Below, in pieces: positions 1 to 11,910 of a DNA stretch of 64,000 nt. The notes under the pieces were generated by a model, which searched no databases, was not told the origin of the DNA, and saw only the letters and a list, made by a program, of their open reading frames with translations. Each line of letters starts with the position of its first letter. Within the stretch, counting starts at the first letter, position 1. The position numbers were made by a program, and so were the translations under genes. The DNA is from Eledone cirrhosa (Eukaryota). Location of the stretch: contig OZ024749.1 in assembly GCA_964016885.1 (NCBI GenBank), positions 1,612,001 to 1,676,000 on the forward strand, in the 5' to 3' direction.

Positions 1-275
1 ACCCTCACTTTACTGATAGCACCTTTATACAAAGCTTGCACTGTCCTCACAAGCCCTTCCTCTGCACCTAGTTTCCTTAGGGATGACTAGATGACAGATC
101 GGGGTACTCTATCAAAAGCTTTCTCTAGGTCAACAAAAGCTTTCTCTAGGTCAACAAAAGCTAAGTATAGTGGCTTATTGTTCTCTAAGAACCTTTCTTG
201 TAGTTGTCTCACTAAGAAGAGGGCTTCTGTTGTACTTTTCCCAGGCACAAAACCTAAACTGCATTTAATTTGACT
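1..275 (-). mobile_element. RTE-clade LINE reverse transcriptase fragment
   Basis: The minus strand encodes QFRFCAWE-STTEA-FLVRQLQE-FLE-KPLYLAFVDLEKAFDRVP, with a 21-bp tandem duplication of the VDLEKAF segment. Confidence 0.85.
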
Positions 276-422
276 CTTTCTCTAATTAGTGTGCTAGCAC
301 TCTCTCTCTCTCTCTGTATATATATATATATATATATACACTTGTGTATAATGGTAGCTATGGTGCTTCCATAGGCGGTATGACAAAATTAGCACTCAAT
401 ATTCATACAGAGTAGAGTGTGG

Positions 423-626
423 ATAGTATAAAAAAAGGAAAAATCAGTGATGCATCTGGACTCAGTTTATTGCGTGTTACAATTGTCTCGCCGGCAGGTA
501 GCTCGAGACATGATACCTGTATGGATTTGGCTGATTCATGTCTCGAGCTACCTGCCGGCGAAACAATTGTAACACGCAATAAACTGAGTCCAGATGCATC
601 ACTGATTTTTCGTTTTTTTATACTAT
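423..626. repeat. Inverted repeat, 91-bp arms (423-513 / 536-626) with a 22-nt loop; carries the 3' half of a hammerhead (GAAAC-AATT-GTA)
   Basis: The arms are reverse complements with ~2 mismatches; followed by a TA tract. Confidence 0.9.
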
Positions 627-635
627 AATATATAT

Positions 636-1700
636 CATCATCATCGTTTAACGTCTATCTTCCACGCTAGCATGGGTTAGACAGGAATTATCCCACTTGA
701 GGCAAGATTGATTGGGTGACCGTGTCTCGTTTGAATAGGACTATCTGGCTAGCCTTCCTTCTGGCTAGATAGCCTTCCTAACACCAACCACATTTACAGT
801 GTGGACTGGGAGCCTTTTTGTTGTAACACCGACACGACCACTTTAGTGTGGACTGGATGTTCTGTGGTACCAACATAACTTTACAGAGAAATGGTGGTGT
901 GTGTGGGAGTAGGGGTAGTGGATTGGGGTGTATATTTGGTTAAGAGGTGCCTACAGACTGTAAGTTTAACTTCATACATAAGGGAAGGCGGGTCTTCTGT
1001 ATTACTGCGTGGCGCCAAAGATCTCGGTCCAGTGACATTGTCTTAGAGAGGTGAAAGTGTGTAAGGTCAGAATTTATCAAATCGTCCGAGGTTTTTCTGG
1101 GTCTACCTACTCCGTAACTTCCATCAATTTTGATCTCCTTGCACGTTTTTATACAGCTGTCGTCTTTCATGCACATCATGTGACCATACCACCGTAGTCT
1201 TTTCTCGAGTAAACAGCATCTGATCCCTCTTATTCCTAATTTCTTACTTAGTTCATTTATGTTTTGCCATTCACGTATATTACTATTACACATCCAGCGG
1301 AGCATGCAAGCTTCATCCCTTTCCACTCTGCGCAGGTCCTCTGCACACCATGCCCATGTCTCACTGCCATGTAACATTGCTGTTCGTATACAGGCATCAT
1401 ACAATCTGCCTTTCATTTTTTCATTTTTAGAGAGAAACCTTTTGTGGCCGACAGTGGTATTAGTTCTCTGAACTTTTTCCATCCCGTTCTGATTGGCTAC
1501 TCGTACTTTCAGAACACCCTCCACCACTGCTGATTTTGTCACCCAGGTAACGGAAAGTGACTACTATTTCTATAGAACCATCTGGGCAGTTGAAGCTAGT
1601 ATCCTGTGGGCACCTTGCTACTTAGTGCACCTGAGCATTGGCCTCATATAAAATCTACATTCTTAGATAGCCTGCCTGTGATCCCACTACATCGTTATAT
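636..1700 (-). mobile_element. RTE LINE family A, 3' part with 3' UTR and (GAT)n tail
   Basis: ORF 940-1542 has [19 protein letters not shown]...RLRWYGHMM...GRPRKT; frameshifted. Confidence 0.9.
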
Positions 1701-1708
1701 ATATATAT

Positions 1709-2088
1709 GGAGGCACATGGCTTAGTGGTTAGAGCTTGCAATCGAAAGGTTGTGAGTTCAATTCTCAGACCGGGTGATGTGTTGTTTCCTTGAGCAAGAC
1801 ACTTTATTTCACATTGCTCCAGTTTACTCAGCTGTAGAAATGAGATGATAAGGACTGGGGTCCATATCATTCCACTGCAAAGTGGTCGTGGAGGTGCCAT
1901 GGCAAAAAAAAAGCACCCAGCCCACACTGTAAAGTGGTCGTGGAGGTGCCACGGCATAAAAGCACCCAGCACTCACTGTAAATGAGGTTGGTGTTAGGAA
2001 GGGCATCCAGCTGTAGAAATCAAGCCAGAATCAGTTCCCGTCCCACCCTTGCAAGCAGGGAAAAGCGGATGTAAAATGATGTTGATGA
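1709..2088 (+). mobile_element. tRNA-derived SINE with CORE-like body and RTE-derived 3' tail
   Basis: A box TGGCTTAGTGG, B box GTTCAATTC and CCTTGAGCAAGACACTT core. The tail CCCGTCCCACCCTTGCAAGCAGGGAAAAGCGGA..GATG matches the RTE family B end. Confidence 0.85.
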
Positions 2089-2142
2089 TATATATATATG
2101 AGAGAGAGAGAGAGAGTATGTGTGTAGATAAATACACAACAG

Positions 2143-3440
2143 ATATCACTTTCATAACCTGATCCATCAGCTTTATGCCCCTATAATTGCTCCCCTCCAG
2201 AGCATTCCCTTTTCTTTGTAGCAATTTATGAGAATACTGCTGCATCAGTCTTTGGGTATGACACCGCCATATATAACCTGATTAATGATGCATGTAACCA
2301 GTTTAGTGCCTACGTCCCCTGATGCCTTCAGCATCTCAGCAACTATCCCCAACTGTCCAGCAACCTTAGCATTTTTCATTTCCTTAATTGCCTCTTTGAC
2401 CCTATAGTCATCAATATCAATAGCTGGTCCTTCTGTCAGATCTACTGAGGGTAATTTCTCTCTCTCTCATTCGTTCTCCACATTCATGAGTCTCTCATAA
2501 TGACATTTCCAGGCCTCCTTTTTCTGATCATCAGTGACACTAAGAACACCGGCATCATTCCGGACACATTTATCTCCAACAACATCCTGATTTACATTGA
2601 CACACTGCCTTGCAATGTAGAACACGTCATGCCTCTGATCTTCCTGTCACAGAACATTGGCAAACCTCCTACTCTCAGCCTCCGTGCGTGCTAAGTATAC
2701 CTGACGTCTAGCCTCTCTTTTAGCGGCTGTATATCCTTCTCTACTCCCACCCTTTTTCCGACCCTTCCAGGCTTGTCTTTAATGGCTCTATCTACCGTGC
2801 TGTTCCACCACCAAGTCACCCTCTGTCTGGTTGGAGCTTTGCTGGAAGGCTCTTTATTTTGATAAGTTTTATAAGCCATATTTGTATGTCTTTGAGACAG
2901 CCAGTGTGAATGTATTTGAATGAGCTTGCAGACAGCATAACTATAGTATGACCGCAGCTGTGAGCAGGTGTGCAGGCATGTCCGGTAATTGAAACGTTAA
3001 CCGGTAATGGAGATCCTAAATAGGAAAAACCCACAGTCAATTGGGTCAAAGACACTTTGAGCGCAGCGAGTTAGAATCTTATTTTTCCTTCACCGATAAC
3101 GTTTCGTGATTTCGAGGGACAAAAGGGGGCGTTTGGCCTAAATGGGTTGAGAACCTGTGATCTATGTCATACAATTCTAATTCCTCTTCTTTCTCATCAT
3201 ACACATCTTGAAAGGCTTTCCTAAATTTAGATTTAGCTTCCGGACCTTCCTTTTCCATACCTTCCTGTGTGTCTCATTTTGTCTCTTGCTTATTGAGATG
3301 TCACTCACGCCTACCTATGTTGGGGATACAGTCTTCCACAGAGTATGTCTTAGTATTCGGAACCATCTGTCTGTCTCGTTGCCTAACTGGCAAGAAGTGA
3401 ATTTGGCTTATGTGCTCGCCTGATTGGTAGGTTACTAGGT
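2143..3440 (-). mobile_element. RTE LINE fragments (endonuclease end, linker, RT N-terminus) interrupted at ~2830-3170
   Basis: KGNALEGSNYRGIKLMDQVMKV, RVTWWWNSTVDRAIK, SQIHFLPVRQRDR. Confidence 0.8.
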
Positions 3441-3443
3441 TAT

Positions 3444-3493
<50 letters not shown>

Positions 3494-3497
<4 letters not shown>

Positions 3498-4458
3498 TCA
3501 TCATCATCTTTGTTTAACGTCCATCTTCCACGCTAGTATGGGTTAGATGGGAGTTGTCCCACTTGAGGCAAGGCTGGTCGGGTGACCATGTCTCGCTCGT
3601 ATAGGACTATCTGGCAGGTTTTCTACGGCTGGATGCCCTTCCTAACACCAACCACATTTATGGTGTGGAACTGGGAACTTTTTACCGTGTTATCTGCACG
3701 GCCACATTACAGCGTGGACTGTGTGTTTTTTTGTCATGACACCTACACGATATCGATCTCATTATCTCATTTATTTGGACTGGATGTTGTGGTACCAACT
3801 TTACAGAGAGAGGGTGGTGTTAGTGGGAGGATAGGGTAGGGGTAGTGGATTGGGGTGTATATTTGGTTAAGAGGTGCCTACTGACTGTAGGTTTCGCTTT
3901 GTACATAGGTAAGGCGGGTCTTTTGTATTACTGCATAGCGCCAAAGATCTCGGTCCAGTGACATTGTCTTAGAGAGGTGCAAGTGTGTAAGGTCGGAATT
4001 TATCAAATCGTCCCAGGTTTTTCTGGGTCTACCTACTCCGTAACTTCCATCAATTTTGATCGCCTTGCACTTTTTTATACAGCTGTCGTTTTACATGCGC
4101 ATCACGTGACCATACCAACGTAGTCTTCTCTTAAGTAAACAGCATCTGATCCTTCTTATTTCTAATTTCTCACTTAGTTCATTTATGCTTTGCCGTTCAC
4201 GTATATTACTATTACACATCCAACGGAGCATGCATGCTTTGTTCTTTTTCAGTCTGCGCAGGTCCTCTGCACGCAATGCCCATGCTTCACTGCCATGTAG
4301 CATTGCTGTTCGTATACAGGCATCATACAATCTGCCTTTCATATTTTCATTTTTAGAGAGAAACCTTTTGTGGCCAATAGTGGTATAAGCTCTCTGAACT
4401 TTTTCCATCCTGTTCTAACTCTGGCTACTGTACTTTCAGAGCACCCTCCACCACTGCT
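3494..4458 (-). mobile_element. RTE LINE family A, 5'-truncated copy between (TA)n tracts
   Basis: Near-identical to 636-1700; ORFs 4091-4408 and 4339-4566. Confidence 0.9.
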
Positions 4459-4749
4459 ATATATATATATATATATATAAAAAACAAGGGGAAGAAGAAT
4501 ACTGCATGGTTGCACATGGATTACATATAAAATTAGTCCCTCATCAGTGATTTTGCCAACCATCATTGGTATTTCATCGCATTAAAAATCAGATACCTCA
4601 GGTTGGTGCGAGCAATAACTAAAATAAGCTATTGGGACAAGTGAAACGCGTAAAGCGAGTGAGACAAGTAAACAACAGAAGGAAAAGCAAACCGAAGGTT
4701 GGAAAACAACAAGCCACATGGTAGTTATCCGATCAGCATAAGCTGGGTG

Positions 4750-4990
4750 AATTTCATGAGCTTTATGTACGGTCATAGCAAAACTGGCTCTAACAAGGAA
4801 CTGATGTCTTGAGAATTTGAATGGCAGCTTGGTAGAGGAAGGGATAAGCGGAATCTCGAGAATAAATACATTTTCTCTTTGAGGATTGCCTCCAAGAATA
4901 GTGACGTCTAGGAGATGGTTCATCATCCTCTTGGCTGTAAAGTGTGTGCCATTGCAGACAAGTAGCGGATCCACGTTTCTCAAAAGGATG
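4750..4990 (-). mobile_element. Helitron Pif1-like helicase C-terminal fragment
   Basis: RNVDP-CNGT...TILGG...VFILEIPLIPS-LPFKFSRHQFLVRASFAMTVHKA resembles the Helitron helicase motif LRN-D-CNGTRL...IPRIPL-P...F-F-R-QFPVR-FAMTINK. Confidence 0.8.
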
Positions 4991-5913
4991 ATGGAAGTTC
5001 CAATATTTTATATTATATGTAGATATAGATATATAGATATAGCTAATTGTATACAAATGTGTGTGTGTGTGTGTGTGTGTGCATGTGTGTATGTGAGTAA
5101 CCAGCATCTGAATTGTGTTTACTTCTCTGTGTATCTATTTCCGTGAAGATGTGTGTGTATGTAACTTACTAAGGCATAACGTACGTAAGGAACATGCAAA
5201 CACACATACACATTCACAGACACACACACACTCACAGGCACATACACACACTCACAGGCACATACACACACTCACAGGCACATACACACTCATATGCAAA
5301 ATGTGACGTCGTCGTGTTATAAAATAACTGTTTAATAATAGTTGTCTATAGTAGATTATTTTAGATAAAGTGTTATATTGTTTTAATCCAAATGAAAATA
5401 AAAATTATATATTGACACTCCCGGGGTCCAATACTATTACCTTGTAAAATTTGATTTGATTTGGTCGACTCGTTTAGGAATGCATAAGGAAAAGACAGAG
5501 ACACACTGTAAGGTGGTCATGTAGGAGACACAGTAAAAAGGCTTCCAGTCTACACTGTAAATGTGGTTGGTGTTAGGAAGGGCTTCCAGCCTTAAAAAAC
5601 CTGCCAGATACACTTCTGTACAAGTGAGACACAGTCTCCCGAACATTCCCGCATCGAATGGAACAAAACCGTCAAACCCATGCTAGCATGGAAGATGGAC
5701 GTTAAACGATGATGATGATGATGATCATCGTTTAATGTCCGCTTTCCCTGCTAGCAAGGATAGGTCACATGTATATATAAGAGAGATACATATCTTATCA
5801 AACTCAAATCCATACATAGCTTTATCCTAAATTAAAAACTCCTGTTTCTCTGTTTTGTTGTTTTATTTTGTGTTGTTTTGAAACCATGTGGGCTCTGATT
5901 GATTGTTCCACAG

Positions 5914-5967
5914 AGTTGCAGATGAAATTACAGCCAGTACAACCAGAATTTAACTGGGATTCATTGG
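5914..5967 (+). CDS. Tentative 54-nt symmetric (phase 1-1) exon of the host coiled-coil gene
   Basis: T-rich tract, then ttccacag|AG TTG CAG ATG AAA TTA CAG CCA GTA CAA CCA GAA TTT AAC TGG GAT TCA TTG G|gtaact (xLQMKLQPVQPEFNWDSL). The end phase fits the next exon, which starts with GT. It lies in unique sequence. Confidence 0.4.
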
Positions 5968-6304
5968 GTAACTATTCCTGTCTCTTGTCTGGTTGATGCA
6001 AACTAATTACTGAACCACTGATCATCCTAATTAGTTACTCAGCATCAGTCTTTCATTATTCACCTTACGTTTTCTTTTGTTTGGTTAAGAAAAAAACAAG
6101 AAAATAATTAATAGAAAAAGGAAAAAAAAATTAAGTCATTTATTTCTAAATTGATTTGTGTTTGTTTTTTGTTTGTTGATATATTTTTTGTTTTTGTCAA
6201 TCAATTATATTTTTGTGCTTGTTTTTGTACTCGATTTGTTTTGTTTGATATTTTTTAAATCTTTTTCTTTGTTTTTCGTTGTTTTTCTTTGAATTAGTAA
6301 AAGT

Positions 6305-6795
6305 CACCCATAATTACCATCACTACCACAATCATTATCATTACTTTCATCATTACCATCACTACCATCATCATCATTACCATTACCACCATCATTATCA
6401 TCATTACCATCACTACCATTACCACCATCATTACTATCATTATCATCACCACCATCATCACCATCATCATTTATCATTATCATTAGCACCAGGGTCGGAC
6501 GCCATGCTTTGACGCAAGGAGTTATGTCCCTTTATGATCTGAGTTCAAATCCCGCCGAGGTTAACTTTGCCTTTCATCCTTACGGGGTAGATAAAATAAA
6601 GTACCAGTAATGTACTGGGTAATTGCTGGCCTTGTGCCAAAAGTAGAAACAATTATCATTAGCACCACCATCATCAACATTTTCATCAGTCATCATGACC
6701 ATCATTATCAGCACATTCCCCATTTTCATCACAATTGTCATCAGCATCATCACAATTGTCATCAGCATCATCACAACCATGATCATCATCATTGA
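6305..6795. repeat. Imperfect (CAT/CAC/TAT)n trinucleotide repeats flanking a SINE
   Basis: Visible directly. Confidence 0.9.
6488..6660 (+). mobile_element. tRNA-derived SINE family 2 (Meta-domain-like core GCCTTTCATCCTTACGGGGTCGATAAAATAAAGTACCAG)
   Basis: B box GAGTTCAAATCC and the conserved core. Other copies at ~12415-12606, 12615-12795, 13330-13530, 13555-13742(-), 20985-21130, 22885-23040, 26190-26385, 28640-28752, 31215-31392(-) and 38010-38130. Confidence 0.85.
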
Positions 6796-7204
6796 TTTTA
6801 CATCTGCCTTTTGTTGCTAGGGTTGGATGAATATAATTTGTCTGCTTAAATTGCTGTAAATTTGAACTTCTGTACATTGTTGTGTTGGAGCCAGCATCCA
6901 ACTTAAGCTCCACTCAAATGAACCACCCATCTAGATACATACACACACTCACATAGAGGTGACTATTAGAATTTAGTATTAACACTATTTTTAACTATAT
7001 ATATATATATATATCTATATATATATATATGTGTGTGGCCAAAACTCAAGTACGGGTATAGTTTTAAGGTCCTACCCATTTACATGTGTTGTATTGAGGC
7101 AATTAACTTTGTGTCAGCTCTGGGATTTTTACATAACCTTACCTATTGAGTACACTGAGATGCAACTAACAGGGAAACTTATGCTAGCCTTGTCAACTTC
7201 TTAT

Positions 7205-7229
<25 letters not shown>

Positions 7230-7235
<6 letters not shown>

Positions 7236-9650
7236 AATCAAGGGAGTGTAAACAGAAAATATAAAAAAAAAAATAAAAAATAAATTCTAAAAAATTCACT
7301 GAACTGACTAGATGTGCCCTTATCGCGGTTTCAGATCCCAAACAAATAGATAATCCAAGCGGATTTCCATTGAGAAAGAGATCATCGTCAGAAGGCTTTT
7401 CTCTCTCGGAGAATATAAAATTCCCGAGTTAAAATTACAAACTGGCGCCATTTCAAATTGCCTCAGAATGAGAACAAATGAATGATGAAACAGTTATGTT
7501 ATGGTACCGTGTACAAAGGCAAAAAGCACGGTGGACAGGTCAATCCCGTGCTGCTAAAAATAGCAGCCGTTCAAACGACCAAAGGTTTCTCTACCATTGG
7601 GGAGAATAATAATAAAGGAATGTGTTCCTACATGTAATTAATACACACAGGGATACAAGTATAGTCAGTCCGATCGTATGCCAGTGTGGTTCAATGGCGA
7701 GTTAATAAATTAACAAGCCAGAACATATGTAAATAGGGAGAAAAAGACGATTATTAGGAAGAAAAATATATTTTTTCCTTTATTTTTTTCTTTTTTTTCT
7801 GGGTTAGAAAATGTTTAAAACAAATATTTTACTTTGTGTGAAGTGTTAAGGTATTAGTTAATTTATTTATTAATTAACAATAGCATTTATTTATTTATTT
7901 ATATATTGATTAATTTTCAATTACTGGTTTCAGCATTTTATGCATTATCAAAGGGGGGGAATTTGTATTGGTATAACATGTAGGAGAGAAGATAAGGTGA
8001 TGTTGAACATGTTAAGGAAATAGGAAAGAAAGAATATTATTTACAAACAAGGTTTTTGAAGAAAAAAAAGGGGGTGATGTGGAACATAAGGTAATGGGAG
8101 AGAAAGAATATTATTATTTACAGACATAGTTCTTGAGGATAAGCAGTTCAAAATGTGTTATTATGGCAAGAGTGCTTGGTTGGTCCTAGATGGAGGCAAA
8201 TGGTAGTCTTGGGTTTGATATGTTTTCCCTTTTTAGAGAGTTAATATGCAGAGGGAGGTAATTCAGGGTGGTCGGGTAGGAGAGAGAGAGATGAGAGGGG
8301 GTAATTCATTTATATAAGAAAAAGGATTAGGTAGGGTGTAAGGGAGGTAACTCTTTAGAGAACGTAGGTATTTGGGGCTTTGGTTCATTGTTCGTTCCAG
8401 TTTTAGTTTAGTCCAAAGTTTAGTCCATTAAGTAGAGGTTGGAATTTGTTAATGAAGTACTTTTCCTTATTGGTATGATGGATGAAAGAAGCATTGTCTA
8501 TGAATTTGTAAATGGGGAAAATTTTAAAGTTTGTTCATTGGTTAGGTGCACAATTGACGATATGTTCACTAAACGCAATCTTTCTGTATTCCTGTATTTT
8601 TATTTGTAATCTATGGACGGTCATATGTTGTCGGAGGCTGTTTTTTGTCTGTCCTATGTAGTGCTCTCCACAACCTGAGCAGGTCAAAACATAGATTAGG
8701 TTTTCAGATGCACATGTAAAGTTGTGTTTAACTGTGAAATGTTGTCCTTGTTTAAAGTGGAATGTTGAACCTTCTATTAGATTTATGCATATGCCACAGT
8801 TGGGCCTTCCACATTTTTTACTGTAAGGTTCATTGTGAGGGTTGGTTGGATTTTGGCTTGTGTGAGGATGTTTTTTATGGATTTAGGTTGTCTTTTGCTC
8901 TTTATGATGTTGTGTGTTTGGAGGATTTTGTTCATTCTTGGGTCTCTTTTTAGTAAAGGAATGTTGTGGAGGATGGTGTCGAATGCCTCATTGCTGAGGG
9001 GGTTGTGTGTGGAGACGTATGGTAGAGTTTTCTGTTGCGGTTCATTCCTGGATTTGGAGTGTCTAAGTTCCTGGGTGTTGAGTTTTAGGGCACGTTGGAA
9101 TCCATTGTTGATTAGGGATGGTGGGTAGTTTCTGCTGATAAGTGTGTTCTTTAATTCTTCTAGTTGTGTGTAGCATGTGTATTTATCTGAAACTGTTGTG
9201 CAGATCCTTCTGTCTAGGTTATAAGGAATTGTGATTTTGGTATGGCGAGGGTGGCACGAGTTAAATGGAAGATATTGTTTGGAGTCTGTGGGTTTGTAGT
9301 ATATGTCTGTTTCTATTTTGTTGCTTGTTTTCTTGATGAGGATGTCGAGGAAAGGGAGTTGTTCATGGCTGTATTCCATTGTAAATTGTAAGTTTGTGTT
9401 GAGTCCATTTAGAAGGATTTTAAACTCGATCAGTCTTTCTATACTTTCATGCCAGAGGATGAAACAGTCGTCCAGATATCTCTTCCAGTTTTTTTCTGTG
9501 TAGGTAGAAGTGGTTACCGTATTTGTCTCGAACTTTGCAGTAGAGAGTGGTCTCCAAATATCCCATGACAAGGTATGAGGGGGAAAAAATAAAGGGAAAA
9601 AAAAAAAATGTTTCTTCCTAATAATGTCTTTTTCTCCCTATTTACATACG
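7230..9650 (-). mobile_element. Penelope-like retroelement: RT C-terminus, GIY-YIG endonuclease and pLTR, with an inverted pLTR piece at the 5' end
   Basis: WKRYLDDCF...QFTME...LPFLDI...TDIYYKPTDSKQYLPFNSCHP. A downstream frame reads TCASENLIYVLTCSGCGEHYIGQT. 9575-9650 is the reverse complement of ~7726-7800. Confidence 0.9.
7316..7396 (-). ncRNA. Type I hammerhead ribozyme motif in the pLTR of the Penelope element (stem III has a mismatch)
   Basis: GCCTT-CTGACGA-tGATCTC...GGGATCt-GAAAC-CGCG-ATA-AGGGC. Confidence 0.65.
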
Positions 9651-9918
9651 AATATATATATATTCCAACTCGTGTGCTCCTTCTCCACATTTTATAATTA
9701 TGTATATATACACTCACATACACACATAGAGAGATATCTGGTAGTAGTGGTGATGACAGCTGTGGGCAGAGAGCGAGAAAGAATGAGTCCCAGTGACATT
9801 TAAACCTGCTGTGACCTTTACCACTGTCACTATGTCATTAAGAAGTTAATGTTAATTAGTGGCAGGGTGTGGGGGTGGTGGTAATGTGAGATGATGGTTA
9901 TATGTAAATTGAAAAATA

Positions 9919-9996
9919 CAGGGTGTTCAAAAAAATGTATACACGCTTTGATTAGAATGCTGTTGAAGTGTGTATACATTTTTTAGGGACACCCTG
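9919..9996. mobile_element. 78-bp Tc1/mariner-type MITE or foldback
   Basis: TIRs CAGGGTGTTCAAAAAAATGTATACAC / GTGTATACATTTTTTAGGGACACCCTG; TA on the left flank. Confidence 0.65.
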
Positions 9997-10257
9997 TCGA
10001 TGTTATTGTTGCAATTTAGAAATATTTATAGGTGTTAATGGGAAAAACATCTATCTATCAATGTGGGGGAGAGGGTATGTATGAATATATGTCATCATCA
10101 TTTAACATCTATTTTCAAGCTTGCATGAGTTTGTGTGTGGGTTGTGTGTTTATTGTTCTACTGGTTTCAGACATTTGACTGTGGCCATGCTGTTTACCTC
10201 TTTTTACTGAACCGCTGACTCACAGCATAAACATGGAGACACACACACAATATATAT

Positions 10258-10298
<41 letters not shown>

Positions 10299-10361
10299 CA
10301 CACATATATATATACACACACATATATATACATACATACATATGCATATCTATATACATAT

Positions 10362-10720
10362 ATCATCATCATCGTTTTCCGTCCGAGTATGGGTTGTCCT
10401 GTTGTGGGCAGTGTCCAGTCGGCTGACCATGTCTTGTTCATACGGGAACTGATTCTGGCTTGATTTCTACAGCTGGATGCCCTTCCTAACACCAACCTCA
10501 TTTACAGTGAGTGCTGGGTGCTTTTTTGCCGTGGCGCCTCCACAACCACTTTGCAGTGGAATGATAGGGACCTCAGTCCCCATCATCTCATTTCTACAGC
10601 TGAGTAAACTGGAGCAATGTGAAATAAAGTGTCTTGCTCAAGGAAACAACACATCACCTGGTCTGAGAATTGAACTCACAACCTTTCGATTGCAAGCCCA
10701 ATGCTCTAAGCAATGTGCCT
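10362..10720 (-). mobile_element. CORE-like SINE, same head and body as 1709-2088 but a different 3' tail
   Basis: Reverse complement of 1709-2040, then a tail ending CCCATACTCGGACGGAAAACGATGATG. Confidence 0.8.
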
Positions 10721-11367
10721 TTATATATATATATATATATACAGTTTTTGTCTAACAAATTTCTTTCATTAGCCATTGTTTAACCTGAAGCTATATTAAA
10801 AGACATTTGTCCACGGTATTGTGATGTGGGACTGAACTCAAAACGATACACTTGCAAACTCCTTAACTACGCAGCCTTGTCCAAGCCTATCTATTGTATC
10901 ACCCTTTTTCAAACTAATGATTTTCATACTTGCCTTACTTCTAAATTTATCCCCCTTCTCACACATCACATACCTAAAGTTTTAAATCTAATTTACTAAT
11001 TGTTTTGAAGATTGGTTTGGTTTGGTGTGGCTTTAAAACTATCTTTATTTAGTCTGGAATTGTACTTGTCCTCCAAGAGACTTGATCTGAGACCATGTGT
11101 TGAAATTAAAGCAATTATATCATGGAAAAGTCGTTTTAGCAACAGTTGTATTTGTCTGGTGAGTTGAAACTAAAACAGTTATAGCATAGAAAAGTTGTTT
11201 TAGCCATTGAAAAACACACAAAAGTTGTTAACTTTACTTCATATTTATGTATTGGTGGTTTGGGACATATCAAACCTCCATGAGTGTTTCAGCTGTTCAA
11301 TAGAACAGCTTTTTTGTGAAATTAATGTGCAAGTGGCTGAGCATTCTACAGATATATGTATCTTCAA

Positions 11368-11583
11368 CCCTTTAGCGTTTACATTACTCTATATTTACTA
11401 TTGTATTTTCATGGTAAAGACTTTATCTTACATAATTATCTCACATGATATCGAATCTATGAGATATTGATATTATTTATTTTGAGAATAATACCTTAAC
11501 ATCAGTATGAGTGGCTAGTTATGACCGGTTTGAAAGGGGTGAGAGAATTCTGGCCGGATACAGCCGGTTTAAATGCTAAAGGG
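11368..11583. mobile_element. piggyBac-type MITE; second copy inverted at ~49029-49249
   Basis: TIRs CCCTTTAGCGTTTA / TAAATGCTAAAGGG with TCAA and TTAA flanks; internal sequence shared with the 49 kb copy. Confidence 0.7.
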
Positions 11584-11877
11584 TTAATGCAGTTATCAGA
11601 GAGATTCCGCATGGCAATGTTTGACATGGCTAGCCATGTCAAACATGATTTTACAGGTACAACTCATTTTTTTCAACTGAGTTGGACTGGAGCTACATGA
11701 AATAAACTGTATTACTTAACGATTCAACACACCACAAGGAATCAAATTTTCAACCCTAAGATGAACCAGACACCCTACCCACTCCACCTCCTTCACCATA
11801 TAAATAGTAGAAAACAAAAATTCATGGAAAAAAAAAGCTATAAAGTGAAAATAAATATGTTGTGTATTTATGTATGC

Positions 11878-11910
<33 letters not shown>

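Noticed and set aside
4480-4560. Minus-strand CTGATGA followed by a GGGA...TCCC stem
   Set aside because: No GAAA or cleavage triplet follows before the TA tract
6279-6795. His-rich and Asp/Gly-rich ORFs
   Set aside because: Trinucleotide repeat translations flanking a SINE
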